A stretch of 59,934 bases of DNA, counting the filler. It is 3 parts of 3 records of this genome, joined end to end, with 100 filler letters (N's around TTAATTAATTAA, not from the genome) between each part and the next. Parts side by side here need not be neighbours in the genome. Positions count along the whole stretch, not along the records: positions 53,418 to 59,934 come from SRR22947725_837; 2 more parts are not named here. One strand, written 5' to 3'. Positions 53,418 to 59,934 of this stretch are shown here, piece after piece; within the stretch, counting starts at the first letter, position 1, and each line of letters starts with the position of its first letter. A model generated the notes under the pieces. It was not told the origin of the DNA. It saw only the letters and a program-made list of their open reading frames with translations, and ran no database searches. The translations under genes were made by a program, and so were the position numbers.

Positions 53418-54101
53418 AAACTCTGCTCTATAGTTTTTTCTAAAATTTTCTACTCCAGACTGGTCCAAGATCACCTCGGATGCTGGAGTTAAAGTCACGG
53501 ACTTTATCTTATCTTTTCCTATTTGAGTATTTTGATCAAATGAGCGAATGGTTTCTAATGTATCTCCAAACAAATCCAAGCGGATCGGTTTCTTGTAGCT
53601 TGGTGGGAAAATATCAATTATCCCACCTCTTAATGAGTAATCACCTGGCTCCATAACAGTTGCACACTTTGAAAAACCCATTCGAACCAAATACGCCGTT
53701 AAATTATCTAAATTTACTTGCGTACCAACATTAAGAGTAAAAACCGTTTCTCTGATTGTTTTAATTGATTGAGTTTTTTGAGTGATGGCCGCTACAGTAG
53801 TCAGCACAACAAAAGAATTAGCTTCTTCTCTCGTAAGCTTTGACAAGGTAGAAATTCGTTTAGATACAATAGTTAAGCTTGGCGACACACGATCATAAGG
53901 CAAACAATCCCAAGCTGGAAACTCAAGAATTTCAAAGCCTGCATTATAAAATTGCAAAGCTTGTTTTGTCTCCAACAGCCTCTTGTCATCTCTACAAACG
54001 TGAATTGCTGTTTTTCCAGAATTTACCTCTTTAATTATTAAATCAGCATCAAATCCCTCTGGCGATCCACTGATTTTTATAATGTTATTATTTTTATTCA
54101 T
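53418..54101 (-). CDS. mfd: Transcription-repair coupling factor, N-terminal part (truncated by the contig end)
   Basis: SGSPEGFDA, FPAWDCLPYDRVSP, PGDYSLRGGIIDIF and RLDLFGD.LETIRSFD, in an alphaproteobacterial style. Confidence 0.92.
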
Positions 54102-54241
54102 CGTTGTGCATTAAGGGATTACAATGCTGTGTCAACATCGCTTATTTTATTTTATATTTATCTGATTTATTAGTGTATTAAAATAACAGTTGATAAGTTA
54201 GTATTTTCAATCTTTTATAAAACCAACACTGTGAGGGATAA

Positions 54242-55243
54242 ATGGGCCTAGAACATAATCAACAGAACGCGCCAAGGTTTAGACGTTTACGTCAAAACTC
54301 ATCAATACGATCACTCATACAAGAAAAGACACTTTCAGTAAGTGATTTAATTTGGCCGATCTTTGTTATTGAAGGTCAAAACGAGGCAATCGATATTCCG
54401 ACTATGCCTGGGGTGCAGAGGCTCACTATTGACAAAGCTATTGAAGCAGCAAAATTTGCAAAAAAAATGGGTATACCTGCTTTGTGTATATTTCCATGTG
54501 TAGACATCAAACTAAAAAGTGAAATGTGTGAAGAAGCTTGGAATACAAACAACCTTTCGAACAGAGCTGTAGCTGCTATAAAATCTGCTGTTCCTGATAT
54601 TTTAATTATGACCGATATCGCCTTAGACCCCTACAATATAAATGGGCACGACGGAATCGTTAAAAATGGCATTATAGTAAATGATCAAACGGTTGAGGCA
54701 CTGGTAAAGATGGCAATTGCTCAAGCAAAAAGTGGTGCAGATATTCTAGGACCCTCCGACATGATGGATGGTCGAATTGGCTCCATAAGGACTGCATTAG
54801 AGAGTTCTGGTTACTATGACGTAATTATCCTAAGTTATTCAGCAAAATACGCATCAGCTTTTTATGGCCCTTTTCGAGATGCTGTTGGTGCATCAAATTT
54901 ATTAATCGGTGATAAAAGAACCTACCAAGCTGATCCTTCAAACTCTGATGAAGCGCTTAGACTTGTTGCCAGGGACTTAGCAGAAGGTGCTGACATGGTA
55001 ATGATAAAACCAGGTATGCCTTACTTAGACGTGTGTAAAAGAGTTAAAGATACTTTCTTGGTTCCTACCTTCGCCTATCAAGTATCAGGTGAGTATGGAA
55101 TGTTAATGGCTGCATTTAACTGCGGGATGCTTGAGGAAGAAAGTACTATGCTTGAAAGTTTATTATCTTTTAAAAGAGCTGGTTGTGATGGTGTTTTAAC
55201 ATATTTTGCTCCCAAGTTAGCAAAGATACTTAATGAGCTCTAA
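54242..55243 (+). CDS. hemB: Porphobilinogen synthase (Zn-independent type)
   Basis: R.RRLR, DIALDPY..NGHDG (no Cys ligands), PSDMMDGR, SAKYASAFYGPFRDA, MIKPG and AYQVSGEY. Confidence 0.97.
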   Translation: MGLEHNQQNAPRFRRLRQNSSIRSLIQEKTLSVSDLIWPIFVIEGQNEAIDIPTMPGVQRLTIDKAIEAAKFAKKMGIPALCIFPCVDIKLKSEMCEEAWNTNNLSNRAVAAIKSAVPDILIMTDIALDPYNINGHDGIVKNGIIVNDQTVEALVKMAIAQAKSGADILGPSDMMDGRIGSIRTALESSGYYDVIILSYSAKYASAFYGPFRDAVGASNLLIGDKRTYQADPSNSDEALRLVARDLAEGADMVMIKPGMPYLDVCKRVKDTFLVPTFAYQVSGEYGMLMAAFNCGMLEEESTMLESLLSFKRAGCDGVLTYFAPKLAKILNEL

Positions 55244-55334
55244 ATATTAAAATAACTTTATTAAGTGACAAGCGCCAGTTTCCTCTATAAATTTAAAATT
55301 ATTAACTAGAAAAAAATTTATTAAGTCAGATTAA

Positions 55335-55892
55335 ATGAAAACCTTTGATAGAAGAAAATTTTTTGTTTTATTAAGTTCCGCTGGACTACTAAGCGCCTGT
55401 GGTGTGAAAAGTAAACTTTTGGACACAGTGTCAATAGACAACCAAGTTGAGAACACACTTCAATTCTTGTATAACAAATGGCCAGAAATAAAAGAACTAT
55501 CAGATAAAGCGTTTGGCCTTCTAGTAATACCTAAAGTATCAGAAGCTAGCTTAGTCTATGGAGGGTCTTACGGTAAAGGAGCATTATTAATTGAAGGAAA
55601 ACCAATTGATTACTATTCCTTTGTGGGCGGGAGTTGGGGTTTAAATTTTGGAGTACAACAATACTCACAAGTTCTTTTATTTATGACTGATGAAAGTTTA
55701 ACTAAATTCAAAAATTCTTCAGGTTTCAATTTAAGTGCTGAGTTTACTTATGCGCTGCAGACAGATGCATATACTTTGGGTGTTGACATAATGTCTAGCG
55801 CAGCGCCAATTATACCCATTGTTTTTGCTCAAGGTGGGCTTATCGGAGGTATAAGTTTAGAAGGAACAAAGTATAATAAATTAACTAAATAG
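55335..55892 (+). CDS. Ysc84/SYLF-like lipid-binding lipoprotein with a Tat-type signal
   Basis: DRRKF twin-arginine, lipobox LSAC, GGSYG.G.L, S.GL..G.Q and GL..G.SLEGTKY. Confidence 0.8.
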   Translation: MKTFDRRKFFVLLSSAGLLSACGVKSKLLDTVSIDNQVENTLQFLYNKWPEIKELSDKAFGLLVIPKVSEASLVYGGSYGKGALLIEGKPIDYYSFVGGSWGLNFGVQQYSQVLLFMTDESLTKFKNSSGFNLSAEFTYALQTDAYTLGVDIMSSAAPIIPIVFAQGGLIGGISLEGTKYNKLTK

Positions 55893-55899
55893 TAGGTTT

Positions 55900-56778
55900 T
55901 TATTTACTTAACTTATTATTTAATCTTTTAATCAATGAGGATGTGTCCCAACGTCCACCTCCTATATTCTGCACTTCCTTGTAAAATTGATCAACCAAAG
56001 CTGTCACGGGAAGACTTGCCCCATTTTCCTCAGCTGTAGATAAACAAATACCCAAATCCTTTCTCATCCAATCCACAGCAAAACCGTGATCAAACTTATC
56101 AGTACTCATCGTTTCGTGTCTGTTAACCATTTGCCAACTTCCAGCAGCACCAGCAGAAATGACGTCCACTACTTCTTTAACATCTAACCCAGCTTTTTCA
56201 GCAAAATTTAAACCTTCTGAAAGCCCTTGCACTAATCCAGCTATACATATTTGATTTACCATCTTAGTTAATTGCCCGGCTCCTGAGGGGCCAAGTAACT
56301 TACAAACTTTAGCATATGAACTAATAATTTTTTCTGCTTTGATATAAGTATCAGGGTCGCCACCACACATTACTCCAAGTTGGCCATTAATAGCTCCTGC
56401 CTGCCCACCTGAAACCGGTGCATCAATAAACTCCACACCAAACCCTTTTGATATATTAGCTAATTCACGAGTTACTTTTGCTGACACAGTTGTGTGATCT
56501 ACAAAAATTGTTCCTGGTTTCATACCTTTGAAAGCTCCGTCCTCTCCTAAACATATTTCCCTAAGATCATCGTCATTCCCGACACAGGCCATTACGAAAT
56601 CAGCTCCAATGGCCACCTCTCTTGGTGATTTGTAAGCTTTACCTGTGAATTGTGACTCCCACTCTTCTGACTTATTAGAAGTTCGATTATAAACGCTTAC
56701 TTCATGACCAGAGTCTGATAAATGACCCGCCATTGGAAAACCCATAACTCCTAAACCTATAAAACTTACTTTTGCCAA
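55900..56778 (-). CDS. NAD(P)-dependent beta-hydroxyacid dehydrogenase (3-hydroxyisobutyrate dehydrogenase family)
   Basis: FIGLGVMG, DAPVSGG and GAGQLTKMVNQ; TTG start preceded by an AAGGAG ribosome-binding site. Confidence 0.9.
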   Translation of the reverse strand: MAKVSFIGLGVMGFPMAGHLSDSGHEVSVYNRTSNKSEEWESQFTGKAYKSPREVAIGADFVMACVGNDDDLREICLGEDGAFKGMKPGTIFVDHTTVSAKVTRELANISKGFGVEFIDAPVSGGQAGAINGQLGVMCGGDPDTYIKAEKIISSYAKVCKLLGPSGAGQLTKMVNQICIAGLVQGLSEGLNFAEKAGLDVKEVVDVISAGAAGSWQMVNRHETMSTDKFDHGFAVDWMRKDLGICLSTAEENGASLPVTALVDQFYKEVQNIGGGRWDTSSLIKRLNNKLSK

Positions 56779-56857
56779 AATTATCTCCTTGAGTGTTTGA
56801 ATTTTTTAACTCTTCATTGTATCGATATATAATATCTTGGTTTAGTGGTGGGTAGTA

Positions 56858-59326
56858 ATGTTGTCAATTTTTAGATGGTCATTAAGAGCTTTTCTTGTTC
56901 TCTTGTTCATTTTCATTATCTCAATCTCTACAAGTTATTATTTAATTATTAGATCAATCCCAGAGTTTAATGCCGAGTACTCCCTCGATGGACTTAAAGA
57001 TCGAGTAGAAATAACTCGGGATAGATCAAGTATACCACATATAATAGGTTCAAATGATAATGACATTTTTTTTGGCCTTGGGTTTGTTCATGCGCAGGAC
57101 AGACTATGGCAGATGATGTTAATGAGACGAACTTCTCAAGGAAAGTTAAGTGAAATATTTGGACAAAAAACGGTTAAAACTGATATTTTAATGCGCGAGT
57201 TGGGAATTTATCAGTCGGCAAAAAAATCACTACAAATTCAAGATTCCGATACTCTTTCTGCTCTAGTAGCATATTCGAATGGGATAAACCGCTGGATAGA
57301 AACTGTAAATAATAAGGCCCTAGGGCGAGGTGCACCAGAGTTCTTTTTATTTAAAAAAAAAATATCACCATGGGTTCCTGAAGATAGCATAGCAGTTCTT
57401 AACTTATTATCTTTTCAACTATCTACTAATATTCAAGAAGAGATAATCAGAGCGCTAGCTTCAGAACGTTTAACTATAAAGGAGTACACTCTCTTATTTG
57501 GAGACAGCCCTCCAAAAGAACTTAAACTCTCAATGGATCATTCTCGAATTAAAAAAGGAGTAAAAACTACTCTTAATCCACTCAAAAATGCATTACAAAA
57601 AAACAAAGGTTTTCAGTTAAACAATAAGGCCATGGGAGGTGGCTCAAACGTATTTGCCATTGGACCTACAAGGTCTGTGTCTAAGTCTACTCTTCTAGCT
57701 AATGATCCTCATTTAAGTTTAACTGCACCTTCAATTTGGTATCTTGCAAGACTAGGATTAAAGAGTGGTGACGCTATAGGGGCTACAATTCCAGGCATTC
57801 CTTCAATTTTAAGTGGAAGAACAGATAAAACAGCTTGGGGCATAACCAGTGCGTATGTAGATGATCAGGATATCTTTTTAGAAAAACTTAATCCTTTAAA
57901 TAACAACCAATACGAAACCGAGTTTGGAAGTCTAGACTTTGAATTGAATGAAACAATAATTAAAGTAAAAGACTCTCCCGATGTTACCGTCACAATAAAA
58001 AAAACTCGTAATGGACCAATTTTATCAGGAAACCAATTTAACATAAGGCCAGTCGTTCCTGAAGGATACTTAGCTTCCCTTAGTTGGACAGCTTTATCCA
58101 CAAAAAACACCTCACTTCAGGCAGCAATACGGATAATGAAGGCCCAAGACGTTAAGGGAATATTAAATGCTGGTTCGGAGTTTTACGCGCCTGCGCAAAA
58201 CTTAGTTGCAATTGACAAAACTACTATCGCTATAAAAACAATTGGGAAAATTCCAAAGCGGACAGCAGGACACACTACGAATGCTAAGACCCCGTCCGAA
58301 GGATGGATTTCTCAAAACCGATGGAACGGATATTTCTCTTATTCGTCAAATCCCGAAAACATATCTCCTAAATCAGGAACTATTATTAATACTAATAATA
58401 GATTGGTTAATTCTAAATTTCCAAATCACATTACTTATGACTATGGAGACACACAAAGAGTTATTCGATTAAAAGAACTGATATCAAAACGGCCAATCCA
58501 TACTAAAGAGAGCCTAATTGAGTATCAACAGGACATTGTTAGTGTTACCGCTCAAAATATTTTACCAATTGTGGCAAGCTCTCTATGGGCAAAGAAGGCC
58601 AAGACTACTGATCATAAATTCTCTACTTTAGAAGTAATAGGTTTGGACTTACTGGCAAACTGGACAGGAGAAATGTCAAAGTACCAACCTGAACCTCTAA
58701 TCTATGTGGCTTGGATGAGAAATTTACAGATGAGTATTGTTCAGGATGAGTTGGGTAACCTGAGCAATCAATTTCAAAAATTTAATCCTGACTTTATTAA
58801 AAGAGTATTTCTAGAAAAATCAATAGAAAATTCTTGGTGTAACCTTTTGGTAACAAACGAAGTTGAAACATGCCAAGAAATCGCAGAAACCTCCTATAAA
58901 GTTACTATAGCACAATTAGCTAAAACTTATGGCTCTTCAATAACTGACTGGCAGTGGGGAATTGCTCACACATCCTTACACAAACATTCAACATTAGGGA
59001 CAACACCACTGCTAGATCTTTTTTTTAATATTAAGCATTCAGCCAGTGGTGGAGAAAATACCATACAACGCGCTGCTATAAGCAATCATGGAGAAAATCC
59101 TTACGAGAACATACAAGGGCCTGGATATCGCGCTATATACGACTTATCAGACCCAGATAGTTCTCTTTATATAATTTCAACAGGTCAATCTGGAAATGTA
59201 TTTTCTAAGCATTATGACGATTTAAATTCGCTATGGAGTAGAGGTGAATACATTACTATGTCCTTAAATCTCAACACTGTTAAAGCTGGATCAAAGGGGT
59301 TGACAGTTTTAATTCCAAAAAATTAA
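56858..59326 (+). CDS. Penicillin acylase family (Ntn hydrolase, peptidase S45) with N-terminal membrane anchor
   Basis: RD...PHI, GFVHAQDRLWQM, GGG-SN (catalytic Ser), LANDPHL and TGQSG...S.HY.D. Confidence 0.9.
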   Translation: MLSIFRWSLRAFLVLLFIFIISISTSYYLIIRSIPEFNAEYSLDGLKDRVEITRDRSSIPHIIGSNDNDIFFGLGFVHAQDRLWQMMLMRRTSQGKLSEIFGQKTVKTDILMRELGIYQSAKKSLQIQDSDTLSALVAYSNGINRWIETVNNKALGRGAPEFFLFKKKISPWVPEDSIAVLNLLSFQLSTNIQEEIIRALASERLTIKEYTLLFGDSPPKELKLSMDHSRIKKGVKTTLNPLKNALQKNKGFQLNNKAMGGGSNVFAIGPTRSVSKSTLLANDPHLSLTAPSIWYLARLGLKSGDAIGATIPGIPSILSGRTDKTAWGITSAYVDDQDIFLEKLNPLNNNQYETEFGSLDFELNETIIKVKDSPDVTVTIKKTRNGPILSGNQFNIRPVVPEGYLASLSWTALSTKNTSLQAAIRIMKAQDVKGILNAGSEFYAPAQNLVAIDKTTIAIKTIGKIPKRTAGHTTNAKTPSEGWISQNRWNGYFSYSSNPENISPKSGTIINTNNRLVNSKFPNHITYDYGDTQRVIRLKELISKRPIHTKESLIEYQQDIVSVTAQNILPIVASSLWAKKAKTTDHKFSTLEVIGLDLLANWTGEMSKYQPEPLIYVAWMRNLQMSIVQDELGNLSNQFQKFNPDFIKRVFLEKSIENSWCNLLVTNEVETCQEIAETSYKVTIAQLAKTYGSSITDWQWGIAHTSLHKHSTLGTTPLLDLFFNIKHSASGGENTIQRAAISNHGENPYENIQGPGYRAIYDLSDPDSSLYIISTGQSGNVFSKHYDDLNSLWSRGEYITMSLNLNTVKAGSKGLTVLIPKN

Positions 59327-59330
59327 TACG

Positions 59331-59934
59331 TTAATAAAACTTACTGTAGAAAGTTTTCTTTTGTTCCTTAGACCAATTAACACGTATAACTAACCGATTA
59401 TCTTGGGAAACTTCAGAAATCACTTTTATATTCTTATATAACCATACTCTTTCAGACCAAGCACTTAACAAAATGTCCACATTATCAATAAAAAAATTCT
59501 TCATAATTTTGTCTAGAATTCCTTGAAGCAAATTATCTAACCCCATTTTTTTTTCTGCTGAAACTAGATAAATATCCTTTTTTCTTTCTACCACATTTTG
59601 TAACCTACCTTGATCTTGCTCATCGAGAAGATCAGTTTTGTTCCAAACCTCTATGATATCTTTATTGTCCAAAGCACCTAAATTTTCTAAGATATCAACG
59701 ACATTTTTGAATTGGGAATCTGCTTCTGGATGAGCAATATCTCGAACATGAAGGATCATATCCGCGTTTGTGACTTCTTCTAAGGTTGCACTAAATGCAG
59801 CCACAAGTTCAGTAGGTAAGTCTGAAATAAAACCAACCGTATCACTTAAAAGCACATCATGCCCACCAGACAAAGTTAAATTTCTAATAGTAGGATCAAG
59901 TGTTGCAAAAAGTTTGTCTTCAGCCAACACGTTG
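59331..59934 (-). CDS. hflX: GTPase HflX, C-terminal part (5' end beyond the window)
   Basis: LFATLDPT, SDTVGFI.DLP..LVAAF.ATLEE, NKTD and VSA. Confidence 0.93.
   Translation of the reverse strand, partial: NVLAEDKLFATLDPTIRNLTLSGGHDVLLSDTVGFISDLPTELVAAFSATLEEVTNADMILHVRDIAHPEADSQFKNVVDILENLGALDNKDIIEVWNKTDLLDEQDQGRLQNVVERKKDIYLVSAEKKMGLDNLLQGILDKIMKNFFIDNVDILLSAWSERVWLYKNIKVISEVSQDNRLVIRVNWSKEQKKTFYSKFY

Noticed and set aside
1-59934. CRISPR arrays, tRNA/rRNA genes, transposases, prophage or defence systems
   Set aside because: None recognised by eye; the repeats found are short tandem units without spacers. A covariance-model scan would be needed to exclude small RNAs.

Overview
The window is not one genome. 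It holds three unrelated contigs joined by two identical artificial 100-nt spacers (44 N + TTAATTAATTAA + 44 N) at 31072-31171 and 53318-53417. Segment 1 (1-31071) is very AT-rich, streamlined Flavobacteriaceae-like core DNA: uvrD/pcrA, recG, pheT, tal, SRP RNA, glutaminyl cyclase, glyA, smpB, miaA, an RprXY-like two-component system, coaE, fabI, recN, porD, coaBC and rpoZ, with Bacteroidota TAnnTTTG promoters. Segment 2 (31172-53317) is GC-rich, gene-dense nuclear DNA with short GT-AG introns, most likely from a green picoalga. It encodes MSH2, RPAIN, an LpxC-like protein, an ankyrin protein, PP1, MSH1, peroxisomal MFP, a Lon-N protein, an adenylate kinase-like protein and a DEAH helicase. 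Segment 3 (53418-59934) is an AT-rich alphaproteobacterial (Rhodobacteraceae-like) fragment with mfd, hemB, Ysc84, a dehydrogenase, a penicillin acylase and hflX. The most striking observation is that the algal MSH2 is split into two intact-looking halves on opposite strands, tail to tail, with the N-half ending at a canonical splice donor. This could be gene fission, trans-splicing or an inversion artefact. Other highlights are an apparently catalytically dead LpxC with a large acidic insert, a flavobacterial exonuclease that seems to need a non-AUG/GUG/UUG start, and many short tandem duplications in the algal DNA. All calls come from motif recognition by eye; no database searches were run.
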